Notes under the pieces: generated by a model
Databases searched by the model: none
Told to the model about the DNA's origin: nothing
What the model saw: the letters and a program-made list of their open reading frames with translations, nothing else
Assembly: GCF_009914755.1 (NCBI RefSeq)
Contig: NC_060939.1
From: the human T2T-CHM13v2.0 reference genome, Homo sapiens
Reading direction: 5' to 3' (one strand)
DNA: 64,000 nt
Program-made: the position numbers and the translations under genes
Shown: piece by piece, positions 1 through 19,933 of the stretch
Layout: each line of letters starts with the position of its first letter
Position numbering within the stretch: the stretch's first letter is position 1

Positions 1-900
<900 letters not shown>

Positions 901-944
901 AATTCCATTTATATAAAAATTACCTCTTTGTAAATTTTTAGTGG

Positions 945-1295
945 TTGCATTTGTCTACTCAGGCTGCCATAACAAAATATCGTAGATTGGCTGGCTTAAG
1001 CAACAGAAGTTTTATTTTTTTCACAGTTCTGGAGGCTAGAAAGTCCAAGATCAAAGTTCTGGCAGGGTTTGGTTTCTCATGTCTCATCTTGGCTTGTATA
1101 CATATATAGCTGCTTTCTTATTATGTCCACACATGGGGGGAGCGGGGGATGTCTCTCTTCCTCTTCTTATAAGCCCACCATCCTGTTGGATTAGAGTCCT
1201 ACCCTTAAAACCTCTTTTAACCCTAATTTTCTCCTAAAGCCCTGTTTGGGCTTCCACATACAAATTTGGTGGGGGACACAATTCAGTATATAGCA
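945..1295 (-). mobile_element. MaLR LTR (MLT1A-like)
   Basis: GGCTGCCATAACAAAATA...CACAGTTCTGGAGGCTAGAAAGTCCAAGATCAA...GGGGACACAATTCAG motifs. Confidence 0.75.
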
Positions 1296-1448
1296 GTGTT
1301 ATATGGATTACAATGTGCATCCTTAATTTATTGAATATAATTTGAATAATGAACTGCTAATGCACTTATATTTGATGTCCTTCTATGTGATATAAGCCTC
1401 TAAACCTTGTTACTTTATTTGCTTTAAACAGTCAGTAGTTGGTGTGTA

Positions 1449-1641
1449 CCCTCTCCCTCTCTCTGTGGCTCGCTCTCATCCTCTCTTGCCTTCCCTTACC
1501 CTCTCTCCCTCTTCCTTTCTCTCCCTACCTCTCTCCCTCTCTTCTCCCTCCTCCTTCCTCCCTTCCTTTCTCCCTTTCTCCTTCTCTCCTTTTCTTTCTC
1601 TCTCCCTCTCTTTCTCCTCTTTCCCTCTCTCCTTCTCTCCT
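1449..1641 (+). repeat. CT-rich low-complexity polypyrimidine tract
   Basis: About 190 nt almost entirely C/T. Confidence 0.9.
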
Positions 1642-1754
1642 TAAAAATAAAAAAAGTCAGTAGTCATTTAAATAATATAAGAAAAGTCTTTTATATTTAC
1701 GTATTTATTTATTTGTTTTCATCTGTTTCTGGATCTGTGTTTATTTTGGTTCAT

Positions 1755-2042
<288 letters not shown>

Positions 2043-2049
2043 CATATTG

Positions 2050-4400
2050 TTTCATTTTCTAACAGTCTGAAGAACTTCCTTTAATAGTTATTTTTTAAAA
2101 ACTTTAAAAATTGAGATATAATTCACATACAATAAAATCTACATAAAATTCACCTACCAACTGAAAGTGTAGAGTTCAATGGTTTTTAATATATTCACAG
2201 GATTGCGCAACCGTTACTTCAGTGCTGCAGTCAGTTTTAGGACATTACCAGCACCCCAGAAAGAAAACCCATTAAAAGTAACTTCCCATTTTCCCTCAAC
2301 CACTCCCCAGCTCCACCCAATCCAACACAACCACCTGTCTCTGTCTCTGTAGATTTGCCTATTTTGGATATTTTATATAAATGGAATCATTTAATATGTG
2401 GTCTTTTGTGCCTGGCTTGTTTTACTTAGCTTGATGTTTTTAAGGTTCATCCATGTGTAGCATGTATCTGTACTTCGTTTCTTTTTATTGTCAAATAATA
2501 TTGTGTGGACATTACCACATTTTTTTTATTCATCAGTTGGACAGTAAGGTTTTTAGTTTTTGGCTGTTACGAATAATGTTGCTGTGAACATTTGTATACA
2601 AGTCTTTGCGTGAACACAGTTTTTTGGTGTTGAAAAGACCATTCTTTCCTCTCTTGAATTGTCTTGGCACCTTGGCAATTGAATCAGTTGACATAAATGT
2701 GGGCATTTATTTCTGGACTCTCAATTCTGTTAGTTGATCTGTATATCTAGTCTTAATGTCAATATCACACTGTTGACTGGGCACGGTGGATCATGCTTAA
2801 AATCTCAGCACTTTGGGAGGCCAAGGCAGTAGGATAGCTTGAGCCCAGGAGTTTGAGACCAGCCTGGTCAACATGGTGAAACCCTGTCTCTACTAAAGAG
2901 AACCTGTCTCTACAAAAAAATAAAAATAATAGCTGAGTGGTGTGGTGGTATGTGTCTGTAGTCCCAGCTACTCGAGAGGCTAAAGTGGGAGGATCACTTG
3001 TTTCCAGGAATTTGAGGTTGCAGTGAGGTATGATTGCACCATTGCACTCTAGCCTAGGTGACACAGTGGGACCTTGTCTCAAAACCAAACCAAACTAATA
3101 GACACACTGTCTTAATTACTGTAGCTTTGTACTAAGCTGAAACCTGGAAGTGTGAGTCCTCTGAGAACTTTGTTTCTAATTTTCAAGATTGCTTTGTTTT
3201 TTTTTTTTTTTTTTGGTGGCTCCCTTGCATTTTCTTGTGAATTTTAGGGTCAGTTTGTCCCTTTCTGAAAAAAAAAATCACAGATGGAGTTTTGGTAGAT
3301 ACTGCATTGAATTTGTAGATCACTTTAGGGATTATTGCTGTTTTACCAATATGAAATATTTTTTGTCCATAAACGTGGGATATTTTTCTATTTATTTTGG
3401 TCTTTAATTTGTTTCAACAGTGTTTTATAGTTTTCCATGTATAAGTCTTAAACTTCTTTTGTTAAATTTATTCCTAAATATTTTATTCTTGTTGATGCTA
3501 TTGTAAAATGGAATTACTTCCTCATTTCACTTTTGACATTCATTGCTAGTTTGTAGAAAAACAATTTGTGTGTGTGTGTGTCTTGGATCCTGGAATCTTG
3601 CTAAACTGATTTATTAGTTCTAATAGTTTTTTAGTGGATTCTTTAGTATTTTCCATATACAAGATCATTTACCTGTGAATAGAGATAGTTTTGCTTTTTC
3701 CTCTACAATCTGGATGCCTTTTATTTCTTTTTCTTGCCTAATCATCCTGATAGAATCTCTAGTACAAGTAAGTAGACGTGGCAAGAACTGATATATTTGT
3801 CTTATTTGAGAGCTGAGGAGTATTTTTATGCAATCTGAATGATCTCAGCTGTCTGAAAATGTCTTCAATTTTAAAGGCTTCTTTTGGTAGGTATAGAACA
3901 TTAGTTTTTCTTTCAACACTTCATGATTGGCGGTAAAGTATATTGTCTTCTGACTTACATAGTTTCCATTGAGTCACTAGTCAGTCTGTTGTTCTCTTTG
4001 TTGTTCCTCCAGTGTAATGTCTGTTTTTCCCTCTGCTGCTTTCAGTATTTTTCTCTTCATCTTTCATTTTCAGCAGCCTGACCTTGATGTGCCTAGATAT
4101 GACTTTTTTTTTTTCCTTCTATTCGTCCCCATTGTTGCTTACTGAGCTTCTTGGATCTGTGGGTTAAAATCTTTTGCTTTTGGAAGATTTTTGTTCATTT
4201 TCTCTTCAAGTATTTCTTCACTTTGTTTCTCTTGTCTTTTTGGCAGGGCAGTTACTAGTATGTTAGATCATTTTATGTTGTCCCAGAGATCTCTGACACT
4301 TTTTTGTTTTGTTTTGTTTTGTTTGTTTCTCTGTCCTTCAGTCTAGGTGATTTCAAGTGGCTTCCTATTTTAGTAAATTTCAGCTCACCTCTCGTTTCAG
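2050..4400 (-). mobile_element. Old L1M fragments (antisense) with an inserted AluJ (about 2779-3085, plus)
   Basis: L1M 3'-end and ORF2-like motifs (GATATAATTCACATAC, TTGCCTATTTTGGATATTT, GTTAAATTTATTCCTAA). Confidence 0.7.
3787..3880 (+). ncRNA. MIR626: microRNA 626 precursor (mature AGCUGUCUGAAAAUGUCUU at 3847-3865), intronic in MGA
   Basis: ACTGATATATTTG...TTAAAGGCTT matches my recollection of hsa-mir-626, which is known to lie in an MGA intron. AGCTGAG and CTCAGCT form complementary stem arms. Confidence 0.85.
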
Positions 4401-4829
4401 CTGTGTCAAGGGAGGAGTGGTTGGTCTCCTATCCCTGGCAGGACCTTAGGACCTAAGCATTGGTAGACTACATGTTCTCTTATTTCCAGGCCAGCCTTTC
4501 TGCGGCACTGCTGTTTGTTCTGCAGAAGTCCTCTGGAGGGGATGGTAATTGGACAGCAGTGAGGACTAGTTTCCTATTTGGGGTCCTCGAGATTCTGCCC
4601 ATGCTCGGGCATTAAAAGTTGGTTTCTCTGTGTTTTTGCAAAGATCCTTTGCCTATAGTTGCTTTTTTCTCTCCTTACTGTATCTTCACACAGTGCAAAT
4701 GCTGCTTAGGGTTGAAAGCAGTAGCTATCTCCGGTCACCTAGAGAAGGCTGATCTTCTTCTGTAATTCACTTCATTTAGGCTTATTTATGTCTAGAGGTC
4801 TTCAGTATCTTGTAAGAAAAATAATTTAG

Positions 4830-5340
<511 letters not shown>

Positions 5341-5358
5341 TTCTATTGGAGGATTTTC

Positions 5359-5651
5359 TTTTTTTTATTATTATTATACTTGAAGTTTTAGGGTACATGT
5401 GCACAATGTGCAGGTTAGTTACATATGTATACATGTGCCATGCTGGTGCACTGCACCCACTAACTCGTCATCTAGCATTAGGTATATCTCCCAATGCTAT
5501 CCCTCCCCCCTCCCCCCACCCCACAACAGTCCCCAAAGTGTGATGTTCCCCTTTCTGTGTCCATGCGTTCTCATTGTTCAATTCCCACCTATGAGTGAGA
5601 ATATGCGGTGTTTGGTTTTTCGTTCTTGTGATAGTTTACTGAGAATGATGA
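5359..5651 (-). mobile_element. Young L1 3' end (L1PA2-like), 5'-truncated
   Basis: Classic L1 3'UTR (GGGTACATGTGCACAATGTGCAGG...CACTAACTCGTCATCTAGC) with the GAG, non-Ta diagnostic. TSD TGGAGGATTTTC at 5347-5358 and 5652-5663. Confidence 0.9.
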
Positions 5652-6336
5652 TGGAGGATTTTCAAGTAAGGTTAAAATCTTAAGTAGAAATTGTGCAAGG
5701 AACAAGTAACTACACATTCATGTAATGGTTGCTTGTGCCTATTTTAAGTTTTATAAAGTTTTATGAAGACACTGGGTTAGCAAGTAGTGAAAAAAATAGT
5801 ACTTCATTAATGATGGCTTGGTGTTGAAAATGTATTTTATTGGACTGAGACACTAATGTAATATTTTCTGTGTGATTGGATCCTATGGAGTATACTGCAG
5901 GTTATTGTTTAAGATGAGGCTGAAATGGCTGAGGATAAATTATATTGGGCTTAGAAAAGCATCCCAGATATTTATACTTTTTTCTTTAGTTTCAGAAGCC
6001 TTTGAAATGCTTTTGGACAGGCAAGTAACGTCAATATAGTTCAATATTTTAGGAAGATAAATTCAGTAATAAAAGTAATGGATGTGAAAGTGTCTCGATT
6101 ATTGGGGATATTTAATTTTATTGCCTTTTCTTGTGATTTTGCCCCTCAAATCACTGCCTTGCAGTGATTTCTGCAAGAAATCTAAGAAAATATTTCTTAG
6201 ATTTTAAGAAATATTCTGGGGGGAAAAAACTGTTTAGTGTAACTTTTCTAGTTCTAAGTGGAGGAGGGTCAGTCTGCTCTGAGCTATTTCACACTATTAA
6301 TGGAAACCTACCTACCTAACTTTTTAAAAAGTGACT

Positions 6337-6611
6337 GGGCCGGGCGTGGTGGCTCACACCTGTAATCCCAACACTTTGGGAGGCTGAGGTGGGCGGATCA
6401 CGAGGTTAGGAGTTTGAGACCAGCCTGGCCAACATGGTAAAACCCTATCTCTACTAAAAATACAAAAATTAGCCGGGCGTGTTGGTGCATGCCTATAATC
6501 ACAGCTGTTCGGGAGGCCAAGGCAGGAGAATTGTTTGAACCTTGGAGGTGGAGGTTGCCACTGTACTCCAGCCTGGGTGACAGAGCAAGACCCCATCTCA
6601 GGGAAAAAAAA
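6337..6611 (+). mobile_element. AluS
   Basis: GGCCGGGCGTGGTGG start, A tail, TSD AAAAAGTGACTG. Confidence 0.9.
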
Positions 6612-6676
6612 AGTGACTGATCAGAAGAAAATATTTTAGTTGCGTAAATGCTGTTTTCTTATTTTTGAAATTTTAA

Positions 6677-7136
<460 letters not shown>

Positions 7137-7388
7137 ATAAATGCTGTTTTCAGTCATAGGCTTTGAACTATTTAAAAAAAAATGCCCACAATCCTTTGTT
7201 ACATGTTATTTGTTAGTGAATATATATAGTGGTGTGTATAGTTTTTCTCAAAGCAGTTTTCATCCTGCTTTCCTGTGCTGCTAACGTGTTGACTTGTATG
7301 GATATTTTGAGGTGGGGGGAAATGAGAGGTGCAGTTTTAGAATTTCTGAGTCTGAGAATTTTAATTCGTCATTACTTTATGTGGAATC

Positions 7389-7688
7389 TTTTTTTTTTTT
7401 TTCTTTTTTGACACAGGGTCTTGCTCTGTCGCCAGGCTGGAGGCAGTGGCACAATCTCGGCTCTCTGCAACCTCCGCCTCCCGGGTTCAAGCGATTATTC
7501 TGCCTCAGCCTCTTGAGTAGCTGGGACTACTGGCATGTGCTACCACGCTGAGCTAATTTTTGTATTTTTAGTAGAGATGGGGTTTCACCATGTTGGCCAG
7601 AATGGTCTCAATCTCTTGACCTTGTGATCCGCCTGCCTCAGCCTCCCAAAGTAGTGGGATTACAGGCGTGAGCCATCGCTCCTGCCCA
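7389..7688 (-). mobile_element. AluS
   Basis: Alu consensus. Confidence 0.9.
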
Positions 7689-8275
7689 ATTTTTTATTTC
7701 TACCATATTCTCAAGATACATTGGTACAGTTCTTAGGCTTTCAATGGATGATTGGGAGGAGGGGGAAACTAGATGTTTATGTTGTTTTTGGATGAATTAT
7801 ACACAATATATCTGGGTCATACGTATTTGCCTTTAACTCCCTATCTTTTATTTTGGAAGAATTAGTGGTGAATTCTTTATATTGAAAGTGAGTTTTTCAA
7901 TTTTAAAGTTGGAAAATCATCTGGCAACATCATGACTATACTAAAAACCAATGAATTGTATACTCTAAAATTGCTGCAATATTATGTTTTATGTTATGTG
8001 AATTTAATCTCAAAACATACAGGAAAATATCAGCTGGCAGTTTAATGGCCCTTTCCGGTTTGTGTTGCAATTCTTAGTTGTGATGGATGTGTGTTCGCTT
8101 TACAGGGTTGTTAATCACCGTGTGGATTTTTAGAGTTTTTGAGTGTTTTTGAGGAATGGCTCAGGAAATCTGATGTGTTACTTGGATTCCTAACATCTTT
8201 TTTTTTTTTTCTCTTCAAGTCTTGTTAATGGATCATTTTGTACTTTTAAAATCCCTTTCTCCTCTCTCTCTCCAG

Positions 8276-9224
8276 TCTTATTGCCAGCAGTTTTGAAGAT
8301 GACTCCCGTGTAGCCTCACCGTTAGACCAGAACGGAAGCTTCAATGTTGTTATTAAAGAGGAACCTCTAGATGATTATGACTACGAACTTGGTGAGTGCC
8401 CAGAAGGGGTCACTGTGAAACAGGAAGAGACAGATGAAGAGACGGATGTATACTCAAACAGTGATGATGATCCTATACTAGAGAAACAGCTAAAGAGGCA
8501 CAATAAAGTTGACAACCCAGAAGCTGACCATCTATCTTCTAAATGGCTTCCAAGCAGCCCATCAGGTGTTGCTAAAGCTAAAATGTTCAAATTAGACACT
8601 GGAAAGATGCCAGTAGTCTATCTGGAGCCCTGTGCTGTCACCAGAAGCACAGTTAAGATTTCTGAACTCCCCGATAACATGCTTTCCACATCTCGAAAGG
8701 ATAAATCTTCTATGTTGGCAGAATTGGAATATTTGCCTACATACATTGAAAATTCCAATGAGACTGCCTTCTGCTTAGGCAAGGAATCAGAAAATGGTCT
8801 TAGAAAACATTCACCAGATCTCAGAGTGGTACAAAAATATCCCTTACTGAAAGAGCCTCAGTGGAAATATCCTGATATATCTGACAGCATTAGCACAGAA
8901 AGAATACTCGACGATTCAAAGGATTCAGTTGGAGACTCACTTTCAGGAAAAGAGGACTTGGGCAGAAAGAGAACAACTATGCTTAAGATTGCAACAGCCG
9001 CAAAGGTAGTGAATGCTAATCAGAATGCCTCTCCAAATGTCCCTGGAAAAAGAGGAAGGCCACGAAAATTGAAACTCTGTAAGGCAGGACGACCACCTAA
9101 GAACACAGGAAAGTCTTTAATTTCTACAAAGAATACACCTGTAAGCCCTGGGAGTACCTTTCCAGATGTGAAGCCTGATCTGGAAGATGTGGATGGTGTT
9201 CTCTTTGTTTCCTTTGAATCAAAG
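8276..9224 (+). CDS. MGA: MGA coding exon 3 (949 nt)
   Basis: Acceptor ctctctctccag|TCTTATT, donor AAG|gtaaga. Frame reads LIASSFEDDSRVASP...PGKRGRPRK...VSFESK and extends ORF 8415..9236. Recognised MGA peptide. Confidence 0.97.
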
Positions 9225-9563
9225 GTAAGATTGTAATTTTCAGGATTCTTTAAGGCTAATTAGTCATACTTGAATTGTATACTGGCTTGTAAGTAACTCG
9301 ATTTACAATCTAGTTTTGTGATATCTATTTGTGAGGGTGTATGGGGGGTGGAGTTGGGAGGGAAGTGTCTCCAAAATGTTTGGTTTAGTTAATAGGAATA
9401 ACTTAAGATACTTCATTTGAATAGACTTAAAAAAGTATGTCTTGCTTAGATTTCAGTTTACGATTTTTGCATAGCTGTGTTTAAAAAAAGTCTTCGGGTC
9501 TTACTGGAATTTTCATCATTATGGATTTTGGAAAGGACTAAAAATACATGAAATATTTACTAA

Positions 9564-10666
<1,103 letters not shown>

Positions 10667-11064
10667 GTCTTTCTTAATTGACTACACAGATGTTGGATAT
10701 TTAATCCCTTCTACCTGTTCTTTTCCTCCCTTCTTGTTAGCTGAGTAAGCTATCTGAATATAGGCTCTGAGAAGTGAACATGCAAATTGGCGTATACTTT
10801 GAGGTCAGTTAGCTCAGTATGACATCGTATTCACATTTTTTTACTTCCCCCTTTTCCCCTTCTGATTATTAAAGTAATATTAATGTAGAACACTTAGAAA
10901 ATATCAAAAAGTATGAAAAAATTGCTCCTGTTCTGCCAATGTTAGCGTAACTGTAGGCATGGAGATATTTTCCTTCTGGTCTTTAAGTTTTTTTTAATCC
11001 TGTTTTACATTTAAGTTTTCAGAAGCAATATGAACTACTATTTTTTTTTTTTTTTGATGTATAG

Positions 11065-11143
11065 GAAGCTCTAGACATTCATGCAGTTGATGGGACAACA
11101 GAAGAATCTTCTAGTCTCCAGGCATCAACCACAAATGACTCAG
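11065..11143 (+). CDS. MGA: MGA coding exon 4 (79 nt)
   Basis: Poly-T...tatag|GAAGCT, CAG|gtatta. Encodes EALDIHAVDGTTEESSSLQASTTNDS; phase 0 to 1. Confidence 0.95.
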
Positions 11144-11265
11144 GTATTATAAAATAGTATAAAAAGAGTTGTATTTGTGGTTTGGGCTCCAGCAATGAAA
11201 CATGCAACATTCATTTGTCTGTAGTGTACAGTAGCTTATTTTATTACTATTTATTTTGGGTGTAG

Positions 11266-11361
11266 GTTACAGAGCAAGAATTTCCCAGTTGGAAAAGGAA
11301 TTGATAGAAGATTTGAAGTCTTTGCGGCACAAGCAGGTGATACATCCTGGTCTTCAAGAAG
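11266..11361 (+). CDS. MGA: MGA coding exon 5 (96 nt)
   Basis: tgtag|GTTAC, AAG|gtaata. Encodes YRARISQLEKELIEDLKSLRHKQVIHPGLQE; phase 1 to 1. Confidence 0.95.
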
Positions 11362-11643
11362 GTAATAGACTAGCGACTTCTTTTTTTTTGTTTTCTTTTT
11401 TTCTTTCTTCCCTACTGTTTCTCCTCTTTTTCCTCTCTCTTTCTCATCTCTTTTTTTCTGTTTTTTCCTCTTTCTTTCTAGCCTTGATTTCATTTCTTTC
11501 AGCACGTCTTTCAGTTTGCATATTTTTCTCTTCTCTGTCTCCATAATTCTTCCCTTTAGTTTAAAAACCATGTCTAATATCTTATGTAAGAAAAAAATGT
11601 ATCATGGTAAAGCAAGTGATATTTTCTTTGTTCATTCTTATAA

Positions 11644-11965
<322 letters not shown>

Positions 11966-12119
11966 TTATGTGTTTGTTTTTATAATTTTGGAGGAAGGGT
12001 CTTCCTTGTCCTTTAGTAGTATATTTAGGTGTGTAAACAGTAGAATACTTTTCTGTCTCATGTTTTGGCTGCAAACATCTATTTTATATATTTGATGTAC
12101 CACTGGGAAGTTAATTTAA

Positions 12120-12800
<681 letters not shown>

Positions 12801-13759
12801 TTTTCATTTTTATCTTTATTTTATTGTAATGCATTATCTTGACCTTGATTATGTTGCTTAATCTTTAAAAAAACATATCTACTATGGTTATTAACATCAT
12901 GATCACTACCAATTTTCCTGTTTTGGGGTGTAATGAAAAATTTTAGGCTGTGCCCCAATTTTTAGTTTCTTACGACTATCTTTGATTTTAGATAGGCATC
13001 TTGGAGTAGTTTTTTGAATTTTTGACTCATTAATTTTCAGAAGGGTGTCTAGACTATTTACACTATAAGTAGTTCATTTACCTGAGAGTCTAAACATTAT
13101 AAGTTATCAAACAAAAGATTTATATGCTGGTCATTCCGTTTCTAAATCAAATGGTAATACTTGAAGAATTTTTGCTTTAATGGAAGGCAGCTTGTGTGAC
13201 AGTGCGATCTTAAAAGTGTGCAGATCCCAGTCTCAGTCAATCAATGTGGGCTGATTGCTGTGGATTGTAATAGACAGTCACATCATAGCAATCTTGCAGA
13301 TAACGTTTGCTGCTGTTTATTGTCAGCTTTAGCTTCTGCTATTTTATTTAAATAATATTATCTTATTTCTCCCTATCTTTTTTTCTCCCCTTTTCCTTTC
13401 TTCATTTCTCCCTATCTTTAACTTAACCTGTCTTCTCCCTTTTCCACTTCCATTTTTTTTGTTATTTTCTTGATAATGTAGAAATATTATGACATTTATA
13501 TTGTGTTCTTTTAACTTAATCTCCCACATTTTAAAAATCTTAGTTCTAGAGTTAAATATATTCAGTGCTTGCAGCTGGTCCTTTTGCTCTGGTTTATTTG
13601 CCTAGTATTTGCTGGTTGGCTAAGCTTTGACTGTTTTTCTTTCTTTTATAGACATCTTAGTCAAATTTGTAATCGTTTCCTTAATGGAATGGGGTGTTCA
13701 AAGGCCAGTGTTTATGGAAACTGACTAGGTAACATATATAGTGAAATTAGCCTGAATTT

Positions 13760-13990
13760 GGGGGGTAGAGTTGGACTCTGGTCGGGTAGAGTACAGGCAC
13801 TTCTTCTAAAGGGACAGCTGCATCAGTGGATTGTTGTCATATGGAAAAATGGGCCCAAAATTCTCAGGTCTGCTCATAGTTCAGTAGAAGCTGGAGTGGC
13901 TATGTGATGTCTCTGAAGTGGTGGCAGCTAATAGTTTTTTGGGCACCTAACTCAAAGCTTTAAAAACACAGCCAAACAAAAGGTGTCTGA
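13760..13990 (+). mobile_element. hAT DNA transposon relic (MER103C-like)
   Basis: GATTGTTGTCATATGG...GGGCCC...AGAAGCTGG...TTTAAAAACAC...CCAAACAAAA resembles the consensus as I recall it. Confidence 0.55.
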
Positions 13991-14189
13991 GCTATTACTT
14001 TTCACCTTCTTTATAGATTCTACATTTGGTGCAAGTTTGTATTTAATCCTAAGGTTTTTAAAATTTATTCAACTACATGCTGACACAGTTTTGTTTTTTT
14101 GAAAAACAATTAAATCTGTAATCTGTCTGGTACTTACTTTTCAATGTGTGAAGTGGAGTCCTGTTTTGGGTTTTTTTTCCTCTATTTTA

Positions 14190-14541
<352 letters not shown>

Positions 14542-15064
14542 GCTGGACTTAAACAGTTTCTGAAGAGTAAGTTAATTTGGCTAAATATTTGTAGTAACTG
14601 GGTGATGCCAATCCCAGGGCTCTGAAGAGAATGAAAGTATTCCAGGTTCATCTCTAAAATTTGATTCTTGAAATAATTTGTTGAATTTCAACTTAATGTC
14701 ATATTTCCTTGTCCTGCTATTAACTATAATTTCATTAATTAGAAAATAGCAGTTAAACTTCTTCTGAGCTGAAAACCCTTGAAAAACTAGAAAAGCTTTT
14801 TGAATTTGCTTTAAAATTGGGAAAGCAGTGTTGATTAAGCCTGGGAAAATGTTATATTGTTGTTGGTAGTTTTACTTAAAAATAAAATAAGATTCTTAAT
14901 TTTTCTTTCCGTGGTACTATATTTTTGTTTGCTATATTTACTGTATCTACATTGGTCTGCTTTTTAAGTCTGTTAGCTTATCTGAAATTATCGTCTGTCT
15001 TTGCATTTTAAAAGTGTGTTTAAAGCATTTCTCCTTCATTGCTACCAAGTCAATTATTGTCAGT

Positions 15065-15735
15065 TTTTTATTAAAGCTTTATGTTTTGGAAGAGTTTTAG
15101 ATTTATAGAAAAATTAAGAACACAGTGCAGAGAATACCTATTTTTTTCCCCCCATTCCTAATTCTCTCAGTATCCAGAATTTCTCCTATTAATATCTAAC
15201 ATTAGATTGGTACATTTGTTACAGTTAGTGAACCAGTACTGATATATTACTATTTAAAGTTCATACTTTATTCAGATTTCCTTAGTTTTTACCCAATGTC
15301 CTTTTTTTTGCATCTAGGATCCCATTCAGGATACCACAAGACTTTTAGTAGTGATGTCTCCTTAGGATCTTCCTGGTTGTGACAGTTTCTCAGATTTTGT
15401 GTTTAATGACCTTGACAGTTTTGAAGAGTCAGGTATTTTTATAGATGTCCCTCAGTTGAGACTTATCATCTCATCATATCAAGAGTACATACATTAACAT
15501 GATTTATCACTATTGATGTTGACCTTGATCACCTGGCTAAGATATTGTCAGTTTATTCACTGTGAAGTTACCCCCCCCCCCCCCACTCCCCACCCTCCCT
15601 TTCTCTCCATATTGTACTCTTTGGAAGGAAGTCATTATGCTTAGCTCACACTTAATGTGCAAGAAGTTATATTGTACCTCCTTGAGTGTAGCCTATCTAT
15701 ATAAGTTATTTGTAGTTATTTTGCACCAGAGATTT
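15065..15735 (-). mobile_element. Old L1MC-like 3' end
   Basis: TTTTAGATTTATAGAAAAATT...GAACCAGTACTGATATATTAC...CAGGATACCAC motifs. Confidence 0.7.
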
Positions 15736-15736
15736 A

Positions 15737-16937
<1,201 letters not shown>

Positions 16938-17397
16938 TTACTACTTATATAGGTGTTTATAGAACTATAAACATCTTGAGTGTACTTTTGTATTTCAGTG
17001 GTTTTAGCTAGCAGTTGGCATTTTTGGCTATATCTTATTGTAGGTGAATCTGTCTTTGCTTGAATCTAAAGGTTATCTCTTTTCAGCTTTATCTTTATGA
17101 GTCTTTTTTTGTAATGACATTATAACACATTTTTAAGAAGTAGCTTCTAATATGGTGAAATGAAGCAAAACGATTTAGAAATATAGTTTAAACTGACATG
17201 TAGACAAGATTTTAGGTTCTAAGTAGGCTCTGGTTGAATAAAAATATAAAAAGATAATAGGTTTTTCACAATATGCTTTCTATGAATTATTCAGCCAAAT
17301 TATTTTCTGCAAGCTAAAGTTTTTATGCCCATTTCATATGAAATCAGCTGAGTCTAGGTCTCAGTTGTCTGTTACTTGGGGAAGGATTTTCTTGCAT

Positions 17398-19079
<1,682 letters not shown>

Positions 19080-19354
19080 AATAATTAACGCTTCACTTTG
19101 AACTTCTTTTGGCTTCAGTTTTATTAAAATTTAAGTTAAATACCTTCCCAAAATATTGCCTCTTAACCTATAAATAAGGAAGTCATAATATTTTTAGGCT
19201 TGATTAACCATAAATGTCATTAATAAGGACTAGAGAACCAGTAGCCATAATCAGGCCAGCAGCTTAGTCTATGGTGAGTTTGTAATAGAGGCCTTAGACA
19301 GTCTCTGGACCACAAAGAGTTAAAGCACAAGAGATCTGAATTTTGCTCTTTTTT

Positions 19355-19780
19355 AATTAGTTACCTTGCTTAATAAATTATCACAAACTTAGCAACTTAA
19401 AACGATATATTTACTGTATCACAGTTTCTATGTGTCAGCAGTCTGGGCATAGCTTAGTTGGGTCCTCTGCTTAGGGTCTCACAAGGCTACAGTCAAAATA
19501 TTGGCCAGGCCTGGTTTCTCAGAGACTTGGTTGGAGAGGGATCTGCTTCCAGTTTCCCTCAGCTCATTGGCAAAATTTATTTCATTGCAGCTCCAGCAAG
19601 ATGGATAACTTGTGTTATCACATGCACATTATCATGCACGTCCCATCTCCCTTACCACATTTTATTGATAAGAAACAAATTACAGGCCCTGCCTACCATA
19701 GTCGGGGTGAGGGGAGTTATACAAATGTGTAATACCAGATGTCATGGATCATGGGGCCACCTTAAATTGAATCTGCTACA
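19355..19780 (-). mobile_element. MaLR LTR (MLT1E/F-like)
   Basis: ACAAACTTAGCAACTTAAAAC...CACAGTTTCT...GGGTCCTCTGCTTAGGGTCTCACAAGGCT...GGGGCCACCTTA. Confidence 0.7.
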
Positions 19781-19933
19781 GTTTGTTTTTTTCATTGTTT
19801 TTGCTCTTCACTATCTCCTTTCTCTCTCGACCTTACCCCCCCGCCATCTCCCAGGCACAAGTTAAAAACAAAGAAGGGAGATAATATGATTTCTGATTAA
19901 TCTATGGAAATATGATTTCCTTTTTTCTTTTAG

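Noticed and set aside
13150-13335. Repeat-free stretch that might be a snoRNA or conserved element
   Set aside because: No clear C/D or H/ACA box arrangement or exon boundaries by eye; needs conservation data.
19458-19865. 135-aa plus-strand ORF
   Set aside because: Lies within an MLT1 LTR relic and has a non-ATG start.
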